Shown: positions 27,860 through 42,474, counted from the first letter of the stretch. The stretch: 64,000 nucleotides of DNA from Octopus vulgaris (GCA_951406725.2 OX597820.1:91202001-91266000); one strand, 5' to 3'. The notes: generated from the letters alone by a model not told the origin. Numbers and translations: made by a program.

Positions 27860-28122
27860 GTGGAGGCACGTGGCTTAGTGGTTAGGGTGTCAGCATCAGG
27901 ATCGTAAAATTGTGGTTTCGATTCCTGGACCGGGCGATGTGTTGTGTTCTTGAGCAAAACACTTCATTTCACGTTGCTCCAGTCCACTCAGCTGGCAAAA
28001 GTGAGTAACGCTGCGATGGACTGGCATCTTGTCCAGCTGGGAAACACATACGCCATTGAAACTGGGAAAGTGGGCCCATGAGCCTGGCTAGGCTTTAAAA
28101 GGGCGCATTTGTTTATTTATTA
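27860..28122 (+). mobile_element. SINE family 4 (V-domain-like), full length with 11-bp TSD
   Basis: A/B-box head, ctgcgatggactggcatcttgtccag domain, TSD ctactcttatg at 27849-27859 and 28123-28133. Confidence 0.9.
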
Positions 28123-28976
28123 CTACTCTTATGTCTGGATATGACAAACCATGACACTTGCCAATGATCTTTTAATAGTACCCCTTTAGTTAAAAAATGG
28201 CATCCATGAATAGTGAAGAAATCACCCAAATGTATTACACCAACTGAAATTAAGGTTTACATTTTAGATTGTTATATTAATTACTCAAGTAGCACATATT
28301 ATCTTTTGACTATTTGATTTAACTTCATTTCATAAATATATTCAGATGATTTTTTGCTACAAACTCATGACCTTGAAGTACAAGATTTCATTCATTGTCA
28401 GCTCATCTACAACTAAAATTAAAAATTGTCACATAATCCATTGATGATTACAGAAATATTCTTGTTAACTATTTTAAAAACATATATGGTTTACAGTAAA
28501 AAATAATTAACTCACTTCAAAACAAAGTAGTCACTGGCTCTTTATATAACAAAGTATTTTTCAGTATAGTAGAACTGTGAAAATTGCAAGAAACAAACTT
28601 GTGTAGGAGCACAAGGCAATACAACAGCAAATTTCAAAACTTCTGTTTTCTATCAATAGTTCAACTACCATACCTATACAGCCAGTGGCTATTAGAAAAT
28701 AATTATTATAGGTTCTCTCAAGTTACTGTTGCATTTTTTTTTTTTTTTACATTATTTGCTCTCAAACGTCCTGTATGAGGGTAAATCAATATTTATGTTA
28801 TCACAAAAATAATTTAGATGTGAACGTTTTATTCCTTTAGATGTCAATAAATGTATTTACAAGTGTTGTGGCACAACAGTTTTGCGGTTAAGAAGATAGA
28901 TTATTGACATGAAGATTTAAAGTCCATGCTCAGACACAATATTTGTGTTAAGCAAGATACAGTTTTCCTCATTGTT

Positions 28977-29350
28977 ACATCATCATCATCATCATCGTTT
29001 AACGTCTGTTTTCCATGCTAGCATGGGTTGGGTGGTTCGACCGGAGTATGGGAAGCCAGAAGGCTGCACCAGGCTCCAATCTGATCTGGCAGAGTTTCTA
29101 CAGCTTGATGCCCTTCCTAACATCAACCACTCCGTGAGTGTAGAGGTTGCTTTTTATGTTCCACCAGCACAGGGCCCAGAGGAGGCTGACAACAGGTTGG
29201 TGCTTTTTATGTGCCACCAGAACGGAAACCAGTCATGGTGGCGCTGGCATTGGTCACGTTTGGATGGTGCTTTTTATGTGCCACTGACATGGGTATCACA
29301 ACCACAATTTCCATTTGATTTTTATTTTGATGTTGATGTACTTGACTCAA
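28977..29350 (-). mobile_element. SINE family 3
   Basis: (cat)n cgtttaacgtctgttttccatgctagcatgggttgg...gatgcccttcctaac. Confidence 0.88.
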
Positions 29351-31979
29351 TAGGTCTCAATTTCTTCGGTTGTCCATGAGATAACTGCATTGATTCGCAG
29401 AGTGTAATCTCTCTCAATAATTCTGAAAGGATTAGATGCAATAATTCTGATGTGATTATATGCAGAATAAGCATAGACAAGTATTTAAAACATTGTAAAG
29501 AATTTCAGTAAATGAGTTCCAAGACATTGAAGATAAATGATAAGAAAATAACTAACATGCTAAATATTTTGTTATTCTTATAAGTGATATAAAGTATCAC
29601 TAAAGAGAAAAACCCACCAAAAACAGTAACTATAAATAAGTACAAGATGGAGTTACTGCTGAAGTGATTGTTGCTGGCCATTCTCCATGGCAACACCATC
29701 ACAGTTATTGCCGTGGGGTGTGGCTGAACAAACCATTTGTTCCTGGATGTGTTTCCCCTTGCTCCCTCCCTTCCATATTCCTCTGCTTTACCTGCCACTT
29801 TTTTTTACTTTCTTTTCCTTTCTTATCTCTCTTCTTCCCTGTTTCTTTAGATGTTCTAATAAAATAAAGATGTTTTTTTTATCATTAAAAAGGTAAAAAA
29901 AGGGTGGTTCAAAAGGGAAATATATTAGTTTACAGTAGAGTGAGGGTGAAAATATCTTACATGCTGGGTAGTTGTCCTCTTCAGAGAGTAATGTTTTCTA
30001 ATGATACTGAATAGATTAATTAGGTGTTAAATCTTTGTTCACTGGGTACCATAAAAAAACATTACACTCCAATGAACGACATTGCCTGACACAGGAAACT
30101 TTTCCTTTTCTAATTTATGACACATTTGAACTGCTTATATTCATTAATTGCTGAAGTAGACTGTCAATAGTTCCCTTTACTTTATAATTAAGTAATTTGA
30201 CATAATTATTGATGGAGGGTTGCTATACAGATAAAGCGATGTGGAGTCAAGTTACATGAAATTTTGTTATTTCGAACAGTTGTCAACTTCATGCCTGCAT
30301 TGAAGCAATATTACTGATTGTAAGGGCGATAAAAGATTTTCAAGATTAGCTTATGAGAACTACGCATTTAGTTCATTAAACTGTAGGTGAATTAGACTGA
30401 TTAAATAGTTCTTTTCAGGACACAATCAGCAGATTCTATCTGAAGTGCAACATATTTATATTACACTACAAGTTGTAATATGAAAAAGTTATAAAACTAT
30501 GAATTATTGTTGTTGTATATCCTGCATTACATAATGATTTAACTACATTATCTCAGATATAGTTTTAATTAAGGTTACACGAATTCTGTTAGTATATTTT
30601 ATCAATTTAGAAATCAAGATAACATTTATTAATTAAGATTGTGAAAATAACATCATGAGAAACTTATATTTGTCTTTTGTTCTACTCGGCTTAGCTTTTT
30701 TCCAGTTGTGTCTAAATTTGTATTATATCACCAAATCTTGTACATTATTGATGGCTTGAGAAAAATAACTCACACTTTAATTAATTACCAACAAACATAA
30801 AACTAACAACAAAAATAACCCGACAAAGTAAAAGCAAATATCATTCAAAACACAAAATCTGTTTCCATTAAATTTCAATGGAAAAGTAATTTAAAATAAA
30901 CTAATTTTTATTAAATGATTCATTTATTGATTCATATTTTTTCTGTATCCCATGATGACGATGGTACCGGCTGGTAAAGGTTACGACTGTAGTGATAACG
31001 GTAATGATGGAGATGAAGCTGATCATAATAATGATCATGCTGATACACACTCATTGACAAATACATACATACAGTATATTCTATAAGTGCATTTGCATGC
31101 ATTTATTTATATATCCTGCTACACACACATACACACGCAAGCGCACACATGTTTGCATGCATTTATTTACAAATGAATTCAATTATATGTCTTAATGATA
31201 TTCATGGGCATAGAGAAAGAGTTGCATGATAACAAAATGAGAGATTTATTTATACTCTTCCTCATCTTATTATACTGTCTGGCCACCAGCTGAGAACAAA
31301 ACTATGAAATACAATCTGTTATTGATACCCTAAATATTGAAATATCAAGATTTAGTCCAGGTGACCTTTGAGAATGAATGTGTAACTATGGTTATGTAGT
31401 GCAGAGAGATGAGTATGTAAAATATATTTCAGGTTTCCTGCTGTTAAGTCATTCACAACTTTAAACAATTTTAACATATAGCTCTTTTTCTGATCAAATT
31501 TTACAGAAATACACATATATTATCAATTGCTAGCATTTCTAGCAGAAATTTGTAATCTCATTTATTGATTATATATTTGGCAACTTGCAAAAATAAAAAA
31601 AAAAAATGAAACTTTTAACATATCTTACACACATTACTGTTTTTAACATGCTTTTGGGAAGAATGCCCAGCCATTATATAAAGTTACCAAGCAAAAAGGT
31701 AGGAGTCGATTTTTGCAAGTTGACTTCTATAAGATACATTTATAGTTATCTAAAAGAAGTAAATGGTGAAGATCCAGGTTTGTTTTGCCATTTTGATTTT
31801 AAGCAATATTTATTTTAGAAATAGTATTCTTAATGTCTCGGTCCAGAAAACCTAGACCCCTGAAGTTGAGTTGATGAAAGACAATGCTAAGCACCCTGAA
31901 AAAGTGTTGCAGTATTTGTTCCAATTTGCTTACTCATTCAACTATTACAACTTTAGATTATTCAGCATATGTAAAGTAA

Positions 31980-32123
31980 TAGGTGTAGGAGTGGCTGTGT
32001 GGTAAGTAGCTTGCTTACAAACCACATGATTCCGGGTTCAGTCCCACTGCATGGCACCTTGGGCAAGTGTCTTCTACTATAGCCTAGTAGACAGAAACTG
32101 AAAGAAGCTCATCATATATATGC

Positions 32124-32155
<32 letters not shown>

Positions 32156-32381
32156 CTGTGTGTGTGTGCAAGTGCATGTTTGTGTGTCTCTGTTTGTCCC
32201 CCCAACATTGGTTGACAACCGATGCTGGTGTGTTTGCATCCCTGTAACTTAGCGGTTCGGCAAAAGAGCCTGATAGAATAAGTACTAGGCTTACAAAGAA
32301 TATGTCCTGGGGTCGATTTGCTCGACTAAAGGCGGTGCTTCAGCATGGCCACAGTCAAATGACTGAAACAAGTAAAAGAGT
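31980..32381 (+). mobile_element. SINE family 1 (small internal deletion)
   Basis: taggtgtaggagtggctgtgtggtaagtagc...gactgaaacaagtaaaagag. Confidence 0.93.
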
Positions 32382-34003
32382 TATACACACACTAAAATAT
32401 CACTTCTAATTAACACTCTTACCTGCTTCACTCTGCCGAAACATTATCTTATTACAAATAATAGCTAAACCCACAAATAGTATTTTCTGGTGTATAATGC
32501 ATGCTTGTGTAAAAAGTGAACCACAAATAATGAGGTAGGAAATCCCAAGAAAAATATCTTTCATGTACAATGCATCTTTTTCTTTTTAGTATTTTAGTAT
32601 TATGCTGTATTAAAGAACAAGAAATATTTAGTTAGATCATTGTATCTGCACTGTAAAAGATCACATATCCTGAACACTAAAAGCATATTTGAAAATGACT
32701 TTTGAACTTACCTGGTGTAAGCTATAACAGTTTATTTGCTGCATAATCAACTTGTAAAAAACTAACCAGTGTGAAAGGATTTAAAATGTAATGCAGAATG
32801 TAAACACTTTCATAATCACATGTTATCATTCTATATTGATAGTTTATTATTATAATAGCAGTATTTCAGGAACAGAAGAACTTATTTTATTCTTTTACCA
32901 TTCATATTTTGATAAGACAATATCTGTGTATTATCTTAACTGTTTAAACTTTACATTAGTACATTAAATAATTCAAGTAGTGTTTTCTGCAATGGCATTT
33001 AATGCAAGTTAACAGATGCCTGAGTTTGAATTCTAAAATATAATATTAATCTTAGTTCAACAGATAGGAAATATTTCTAATTTTATATATTGTTATAGCA
33101 TTTTTTTTATAATTGGAAATGCATGGAGCTTGAGGTTTACTTGAGATGAACAGCTAATTCACATATACACACTAATGTTTGAAGCACAAAGAGGCTTTCA
33201 GAGTTCATTCCAGTTCCATAGTTGAGTGTATGAGAAATAAGTTTCTCATTACGGTTTCATATTTAAGTGCATGAGAAATAAGCTCTTGAACAAATCATGA
33301 AGCTTTCTTACTATTTCCTGGGGGGTCGAGTACATTGTTGTTGCTTAACTATTGGTAAACATTATTGAGAAGACATTGGTTCAAAGAGATTTCAGCTGTA
33401 AGTATCCCATCTTTGTTTTCTAGAGTTATCTGAAACTTCATTATTCAGTATGTTCCTACATTATAAAAGATGGTAGAGTGTGATTTGAAAGGGATTTGAC
33501 TGCTATTTTTTTGGTGTCAAGTGAACATATAGACATTTATTCATAACTATGTGAACTCGAATAATGTAAAATAATAAGATATTAACGGTAGATTTAGCTT
33601 CAGTAACATGAAATCATGTCCAAATGAAATGCATATTGCTTTACAAAATTTTCCTGAGGATCAGTGATTATAACCAAATTCTCTCCAGAAGTTTTAAATC
33701 TTGATCCAGTTCATATTGAAGCTACTTTGCTTCAGCAAGTTACTGCATTTGATGTAACTATAATAACAGCTCTTGATCAAAATCAATTAGACCAACAATA
33801 TATCCATTTGGTTCTCTCAACTCTGTATAATGGTATAAAAATAAGTACATATCCACTTGAAGTTCACATTGTGAAATAGTATTTTTCTTCTTTGTGTGTA
33901 TTTTCCTCTTGTTTACTGTAATTTTTCATGTCAACCTCTCTCTTTTATTATTACTTACTCTTTTTCTCAGTGATTTTTAATTTTTATCACTATCATTAAT
34001 ATA

Positions 34004-34255
34004 ATCGTGAAGTATATTTGCCACTTAAATGTGGCTAACCCGTAAGGGTGGATGCTACTGTAGCTTTTAGCCCCGGAGGACACCTCCTCCAGCTGGCTAT
34101 TGACACACTTTCTGTGCCCTATCAATAATACTGATAGGGCACAGAAAGTGTGTCAATAGCCAGCTGGAGGAGGTGTCCTCCAGGGGGGCTACAAGCTACA
34201 GTAGCATCCACCCTTAAGGGTTAGCTACATTTAAGTGGCAAATATACTTCACGAT
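34004..34255. repeat. Fold-back inverted repeat, ~121/124-bp arms, 7-bp spacer
   Basis: atcgtgaagtatatttgccac...ccctatca [ataatac] tgataggg...gtggcaaatatacttcacgat. Few mismatches; GC-rich relative to flanks; no TSD seen. Confidence 0.92.
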
Positions 34256-34965
34256 GTCATGCAGCTACTGTTTATACCTCGCTCAGAGATTTATTATTGA
34301 TTAATATAATTGTTTTCTATCTTTGCTGGAATATGGTGGATCAGTCATTTCAAAGTTAGGTATTCTTAATGTAACAGAAATGGCTGGGTATCTTTGCCTC
34401 TCTACTAGCACTATTACTGAAAAGTTTGTCTTCCAAAGAGCCAACTTCCTCCTGTTTTATACAAATTGTCTAATAGTGAATATATTCTACCAAACTTGTT
34501 GCCTTTTTCATAGCTCACAGAACCACATCAATCTTTTATGAGAACACATGAGATATGAAACAAGACTGTAGTTGATATAGAAACAGTGCAAAGATGTACA
34601 AGAATTACGTGCATGCATGTTTATAAACACTGAAAGTTTGAGCAAGTGTGAGCCTAGTGAGTCAGAGCAGGTGTTTGAGCACATTTCCCTCACCACCCTT
34701 TAGGAAAATGCCTTTTCCATTTTGTCTGCTGGGACCATGAGGCAGTCTGATTTTTAGGAAATTGAGAGACTGTAAGAATTTTGTAGCTGGTCGGTATATA
34801 ATTAAGACATATATTGAGTTGCTTTGAAGGAAAACAGAAAGCAAAAAAAGTAATGGGAGCAAAACTAGAATATAATGAGTACCAGCCCTCCCACTGAAAT
34901 AAGACCATGCTTGTTAGATTAAATGGTTACTGGGGTCCACTCAATATTCTTCTAGTCATTACTCA

Positions 34966-35190
34966 TCATTCTCTTTTTAACCAAATCCAGTAGCTTGCCT
35001 TCTCCACTGTAGTCTGGATATCATTCATGAAGGTATTTGCACTAAAGCTTCTTCTTTGCCATCTACTCAGGCATTTGATGAAACTTTTGCTACATAGACC
35101 AGGATAGGTTGTAATACAGGCATCAATAAACAAAATATATCCTTCTTCTTTCATCTTGCCTACAAAACCAAAGACATAGAACACTTTCTA
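34966..35190 (-). mobile_element. Possible HERO/NeSL-like RLE retrotransposon C-terminal relic
   Basis: ORF with FGFVG and ending TTVEKASYWIWLKRE*, resembling the RGFVG...AEKASxWLWxKR end of HERO-type elements. Confidence 0.4.
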
Positions 35191-38121
35191 AAAAGGCAAA
35201 TATCACTCATTTCTTGATAGAAGGTGTTCTTAAATTGTATACTCAGAACTAGTATTAAGTGACTAAAGTAGTTTTATGACAGCAACAAGTAATGTAATTA
35301 ATTAACAGAGATGTCCTAAAAATGAAAGAAATAATTCATTGACTTGAGTGGAACATCATAATTGTAATTATTTAGTTATGTGATACTGGTAAGTAGATGT
35401 TGTTTGTTATGTCCATTGTAGTGCTCAAAGAGAACTGTGTTCTAAAATGACACCAGAGATGAACACTTGAATGTTAAGTGAAATTTATGTGAAATAATTT
35501 CTTGAATATAAAGAAAAATTTGAACATTAAGTTGTTATCTTAAGGCTATAATCTAGAAATTTGTAAAAATATGTACTTAGTAACATTGAATGCTATTCTC
35601 AAAATATATTTGTTTATGAATGTCAACTCCTCAAATCTATAAGCTTTTAAAGTTATGATAATTTCAAAATACTGTTTGACATTCACTGTTCAATATTTAT
35701 AATGAAGAAGGTTGAGTAACAATCAAGGAAATTAGAAAATATTTCAGCTTTGGGCTGCAACAAAAGAATAACATATTCTATTGACAATAAAATGCTTGAA
35801 CAACCATACAATCTAAGAGATATTTACAACAGTTTAAATATGTAACTCATTCTGCAATTTAGATTTTAAAATAATTTGAACATTATTAGATTGCTTTCTA
35901 TTTATTTTATTCAATTTTATGCACTTATTACATTTTTATAAACATAGCAGGTTACAATGAAATAAGATATTGTTTCAATAAATATTAATGACTTACAAGA
36001 TATAAGCAAATATCTGCTTGAACCAACATAACAGTGATAAGAGCAAAATAAGTATTGTGTGTGTATCTTAAATTACTGTTCCAGTCAATTATGCATATCC
36101 TATCAACAAAACCTCTTCATCCCTAATCACAGTTTATAGACAGATTGTATCATACTACAAAATAAATCTGTACGCATGATTAGTTCACATGAAGTTATTA
36201 GAATTTGTGATGACTTTCAAGATGTATGTTCGTGAAAATATAGTGATTCGTAGGATTTTTTTTTCATATCAAAAAGTGCAATGCATTGAGTTAAAGTTGT
36301 CTTGAACTGAAATTTATCAAAAACAAAGAAATTATTCAAGAATCACCTACCAATCATTAATTTCATGTTCCTATTTCAAGAATTTGGATCACTGACCTTG
36401 AAATTATCCCTTCAATTGCAATATTTTTAGCATGACTAAGATCTGTCTCAGTTTTTGAAAACATACATCAAGGTGCCCCATCAGCCAAAAGAAAATGCTT
36501 TTATTTCTTCTGACTATTAACTTCTCATTTTTATTTCCAATTATGTAGAAAGTTTGAAAACAGGGTTAATAATTGCTTTCTCCAATACCTTGAAGTTCTC
36601 TCTTATATCTGGTTTCTGGTTGGCAAGCATTCACTCACCAATGTTCTTCACTATCTAACTCTCCTCCTATCTATTTTATTATTTTTACAACAACCTCTAC
36701 TCCTCTGAACTACCTCAACCTCAGCTTATATATTACATATGTCTCTCACCCTTTCATTATCTCTTGAACTTTAGGCCTTTGTAATTACTCTTTTCCTACC
36801 ATCTGTTTTCTGTTCAGATATTAACATCAAACTCAATAGTCTTCATGAGCTTTCACAGATCATGGGCTCTTACTCTTTTAATTAAACCATAAAAATATAC
36901 ACTTCTAAGATTCCAAAGTTTGTAACAGAAACTATTACAAAAAAATGTTTTCCAACAAAATATTTGTAAGTATTCTTCAGAGGTCATCTTCTTCATACAT
37001 ATTGAAGTAAAATTTAACACTTAATTGCTGCTTAGAATTAAAATGTTAATCATTAACTATATATTGCCATCCCAATATTTCTTTTCTTTGGTTTTATATA
37101 CCTGGATGTGTGTGCAGTATCTCCTTTCCTATATTTTATTAATTTTCATCATAAAAATATGGTGAATTTTTTACATACCTACAAGGATTTCGAATAATAC
37201 TGAAAGGGAAATAAAATTCTATTGTATTTATGTTTTATGCATTGCTTCACAGTTGCTGATTCAGCTCATTATGTGTTTGCTACTTATTTAGCAATATAAA
37301 TATTAGAAAAAGTGTTATGTTCTCAGCAAAACTGCTGAATTAACTGATTATATTTATACTTTACAGTAGTAAAATTTCTCAAAATTCTATCTCTGAATCA
37401 CTATGAAATACACTGCTAGAACAAACATCTCTGAATCACTATTCGATCCTCCTCTTGAACAAAAGAAATTTAATTTTTGTTTTTATTGTAGAAGCTTAAG
37501 AGGCTGGAATACATATCATAGTATGTAATCTTTAAAGCAGTATAAATGATAGAATAAATAGCTGAATAGAATAGATTCTTGATAGTGTAAATTTTAGTGC
37601 ATACTTTGCAATTCCATTATAGCTGAGGCTGATATAATTTTTTTTTTTCATCAATCTCTGAAAAATCAATATTATGAGCAATTGTAATATATTAAGGTTG
37701 ATTCAGTTTAGTATATTCACTACTTCTGCAAAGTTATTTTTGTGCCTAAGTATAGGATATCATTAGGATTTATAACTATGAAATGTTTATTTATATTGCT
37801 GAAAAGGAATGATAACTTATGTTGTTGAAGATCAAATATTATTAATCCAAATATTTCCTTTTTTGGAAATGATTCTCGAAGTATATATAAAGCTATAAAT
37901 AATAGCATGTTAAATACCCTTTTGGATAGAAAAAGTTGAAGGTTGTCTTCGTATGACTCCAGCAAAATATTTTTTGTTTAAATGTGGCATTAATGTATAT
38001 TGATAAAATGAACCTCGTGTAATTATAAATAGTAAATTCAAATATGTTTGTTTTATTAATAATAATACTATTAATTTCCAATTTGTGATATCTTTTTCCA
38101 TTGGCAAACACCGATATATTG

Positions 38122-38177
<56 letters not shown>

Positions 38178-38180
<3 letters not shown>

Positions 38181-38470
38181 GGTGCAATGGCCCAGCAGTT
38201 AGGGTAGCGGAGTCGCGGTTGTAGGATCGCGGGCGTTGTGAGTGTTTATTGAGCGAAAACACCTAAAGCTCCATGAGGCTCCGGCAGGGGATGGTGGCGA
38301 CCCCTGCTGTACTCTTTCACCACAACTTTCTCTCACTCTTTCATCTGTTGGCCTGCTCACTTAGCCAGCGGGGTGGCGTCATTTGACGGCTAAAACAATG
38401 CGAAGTGTATTGTGACCAGTGATGTGTAGCAACATCTGATAGCCTGGTTGGTCACAGTGATCACGGTGAT
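38178..38470 (+). mobile_element. SINE related to family 4, flanked by (TA)n
   Basis: Shares gagcgaaaacacctaaagctcca...ctctttcaccacaactttct with 18135-18354. Confidence 0.75.
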
Positions 38471-38596
38471 ATATATATATAATGAATTGCATAATAGTGG
38501 TTTTTTTCTCTAGTTTATATTTTATATATTTATATTGTGAAATTTGGTTTAATACTAAATTGAAGTTTTCCCTTTAAGTTTGGAGTTATACTCCCT

Positions 38597-38627
<31 letters not shown>

Positions 38628-38645
38628 TTATTATTATTATTATTG

Positions 38646-38672
<27 letters not shown>
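38597..38672. repeat. (TTA)n microsatellite
   Basis: Directly visible. Confidence 0.95.
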
Positions 38673-38677
<5 letters not shown>

Positions 38678-41118
38678 TGTAGTAGATACCAGTGTTATGT
38701 TATACACAGTATTATTCAGAAATGCAAGAACTTGCTAGATTTACTGACTGAAGAAAATGAGGGCTAAAGAATGATTGGCTGCTGTCAATTTATTTGGTAC
38801 TGTGAATGATTTTAGTGTAAAATAGAGAGAAAAGATCTTAACATTGATGAGAGATCTATTGTTGATTCATCTTTTCTCATGAAGTCAGAAAGATAAAGAG
38901 ATGTTGCTAGAAATATGGTTAATGAGGAACAAGAATATAAGACTGTTATAAATAAGGAGCGATAATTTTGAAGTTAAGCATTGATGCCTTATTTTGTAAT
39001 TCGTTGCTTAGTCCCCGGTAAGTACTAATAGAGCATCCCATATTTCATTTTAATAGATCCACGACTTCATTACCTAATGTGACTCTCCATATGTGATGCT
39101 CCATTAAAAAGTTAGGATGGTATTTTTCTGCAGTTGTTGTCTTAAACAAGTTTAAATAGAACATAAACAGTATCACCTTACCATTCTTGCAGAAAATGCA
39201 AAATCCTCAAGTACAACTGCTTCCACCAGACCTAGCAAATGAACTACCATTCTGAGGCTTTCTCATTGACTCTGCAATGGCTTTGGTGATAAATGATTTG
39301 ATAATAATTTGTCAAGGCTTTCAAATGTCTAACTGTTATTTTAAGTTTGTTGGGAATTTAGATGAAATAGTTAGGAAGATTGTGCTTCATATTATTTTGA
39401 ATTCCTCTGATTAAGTATGGTGTGTAGTTGTAACCATTGAAAATACCCAGGCCCAGTTAGCATCATGGAAATTAATCTTAGGTAATGTACTCTGTTATTT
39501 CTTTTATTTATTTGGAGTGAATTGGATGAGGTAACATTTCTTGTTCAAACATTAGGAAAGCACTTTTTACTTTAGCAATTTGAATCTGCTGGGGTTTTAT
39601 CTATAATGAAGAAGAAAAAAAGGTAGAACGTAACGACTAATGTTACTGCTATGTATCTGTTGCAAGTGATTTAAAAATCCAGTATTTGGCAATGTGATGC
39701 TACAATTAAGCCATACAACTGCTTTCTGTCAATGCTTATACCCAGAATCAAAGAGAATTAAAATTGTAATTACATTTTATTTTATGTCTTGACTAACTAC
39801 AGCCCTACGAGGATTACTAAAATAACATTCTAAATAGATCTATTCTTTGTTCTCATGAGCACATGGTCCAGAATATATAATTTGTTGATGACATACTCTA
39901 TGTAACCCAGAAGTATGTAAAATGTTAAGTGTAGTATACTTTAACAGAACCTCCTCTGGCAAAGTGTAGCATATAAATCTTTGTTGGAATTTTCTTCCAT
40001 GTGACTATGCTAAAGATTAAATAATATATTTTTAATAGGCCATACTATATTTGAGCATACCATTGCAAGTTTCTTAAATCTTTCTTACCGTTCTTTATTA
40101 ATGACATGTCACCTATAAATTCCTCGTCCTACATTTTGTTCGCATATATCAGTTTAAATTCTAGAAGGTATCCACTCCTATCATTGATGTAAGTATCAAA
40201 ATGAGATAAAAATTGCAAGTCCGTCAGGCTTAAATTGACAATAGAGTTACTTAGTTTAAAGCATAGCATTAAAATTTACATGATTTCCTCTCTGGATAGT
40301 TTTTCCTCTATTGTAGGGAGTGTTACTAAATTTAAGCATTGCAAAATTCATTAACTAACACTCCACAAGTGAATATCTCAATATAATTGGAATTTTAAAT
40401 AGAAATCTAACAGAAGTTCAATAATACTTGATCATACAACTATTTTAAGGAAAAGAGCTGGAGGATACTTGCAATTTAATTAGAAAAATAAAATGCATCA
40501 ATTTTTCCTTATTAAATAATTTGAAATAGCAAAGGTTTTACACAATTTCAAATATTTAACTAATTTCTCTTGTAAAATTTAAATTTTGATATGTTTTCTT
40601 TTGTTCTAAGAAAAATCAATAGTGTGACTCTAGTATATATATTATTATATTGATGTCAGGGAGTCTATAAATACAAATAAGTGAATCATTTCATTTAGTC
40701 AATGGTATTGGGTGATATTCTGAATGAGGTATTATTTGCAAATATCTATGTGATTTATATTTAAAATCACTAATGATTTGTCTGTCACCACTTTGTAATT
40801 TTATGTTAATTCAATAATTTGAATATTTTTGAAAAGGCAATGTAGTTTTATTTAGAAAACCAATAATGGTTCAGTGTCTAATATGAAACAGAAAGAACTG
40901 AGAGTGGTGATATTGCAAAATCAATAAAGTATTAGACAAAAATGCCTGGTGGTATTTATTTTGGTCCTTTATATTCTGAGTTCAAATCTTATCATGATCA
41001 ACTTTGCCATGACTTGCATGAGTGCCATCCACGCATCATTAGCACTGACCATGATCACAATTTCACTTAGTTTGATGCATCTTCTCAAAACACAGCAATC
41101 CATCAGAAGTCCCTGTCA

Positions 41119-41320
41119 TAAGGCGGCGAACTGGCAGAAACGTTAGCGCGCCGGGCAAAATGCTTAGCGGTATTTCGTCTGCTATTACGTTCGGAGTTCA
41201 AATTCAGCCAAGGCCGACTTTGCCTTTCATCCTTTCGGGGTCGATATAATGGACTTAATCCATTTGTCTGTCCTTGTCTGTCCTCTCTGTGTTTAGCCCC
41301 TTGTGGGCAGTAAAGAAATA
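41119..41320 (+). mobile_element. SINE family 2, young copy with 14-bp TSD
   Basis: TSD agaagtccctgtca at 41105-41118 and 41321-41334; CpGs retained. Confidence 0.93.
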
Positions 41321-41334
41321 AGAAGTCCCTGTCA

Positions 41335-41560
41335 CTTGTCATTTCCTCCATGAAACTCACCATCCAAATATCACATTTCTCCACCCTGGCTCATGTCTTC
41401 CTGGGTCTACCTCATCCACAGGTTCCTTCTACAATTAGTGATTGGCACTTCTTAATGCAGCTGTCCCTATTCATATGCCTTACATGACGATACCACTACA
41501 GTCTTCTCTCCTGCACACTACATCTGTGACCTCTTATACCCAATTTTTCTCTTGAGACAC
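41335..41560 (-). mobile_element. RTE LINE 3' fragment
   Basis: Reverse complement resembles 23680-23900 (gagagaagactgtagtggtatcgtcatgtaag...gacagctgcattaagaagtgcca...gtagacccaggaagacatg). Confidence 0.7.
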
Positions 41561-42474
41561 TTAAGCCACTAAAACTTTGTTGTATATGCCATCACACCCT
41601 GGAAATACTTCTGACAATAAATAAAATAAGAACCAAGGTTAGTACGATCAATTATTCCTTCCCCAAAACTTTGACGTCTTATGGCTATGTGAAAAACAAA
41701 TTTGTCTTAAACAGAAACCAAATAAAGAAGATTATAATGCATACACATGCATAAGTATCAGTTCCCCATGTACTCCTGACCATACAGAGCAGCAGGTTGA
41801 AGACACATATAATGAATTTCTATATCTACATTAATATCTGTCACTCTGAACACACACACATGAACAAATATCTGTCACTCTGAACACACACAAGAACAAA
41901 TATTTATATTAACTGGAGAAGAATGCAGGATATTAGAGATTTAGAGATTAAATCTGTAATTAAATTTCTAACCATAAGATATTTTCAGCCTTACTTGTGT
42001 AATGTTGGCCATGTACATTAATTAGCCAGTGCACCAACACAGCATATTTGAGATTAAATTAGTAAAGTCTAAAGTATAACTTTTAGCATTGAAAAATACG
42101 TCCTATAATTAAACCATGTGAAGGCTTGTCTCATTGGCCTAATTGAAAGCACTGAAATAGAATCAAAGAAACTCATCAGCTGATTGGAAAGATTGTTAGG
42201 TGCCTATAGAATAGATGACGGTTCAGAAGAGAGTAAGTTTCTTATTAGCTATTACAACTAAACTTTGTTAACACCACATTAATGGCTAATTATATCATCT
42301 ATGAGCAAGGAGGAAACTCAATAAATGATATTAAAGTATGACTCAGCTGGCTTCATCTGTCATATGAAGTTGAACATCATATGGAAAAGCTGTTGCATCA
42401 ATCTTCCAAAAAAGTACTCTCTACATGCCATCAAACATCCTGTGAAGCAAGAACTACAAACCACCATGAAAGGT

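Noticed and set aside
27860-27935. tRNA gene
   Set aside because: The tRNA-like A/B-box head continues into a SINE body with a TSD, and there is no complete cloverleaf. The same applies to the other SINE heads.
39182-39231. 50-nt minus-strand exon (GLVEAVVLEDFAFSARM, AG...GTAAG)
   Set aside because: Weak pyrimidine tract, and the surrounding sequence also resembles a frameshifted VEVGxRGF motif of an RLE retrotransposon. Cannot be supported without RNA data.
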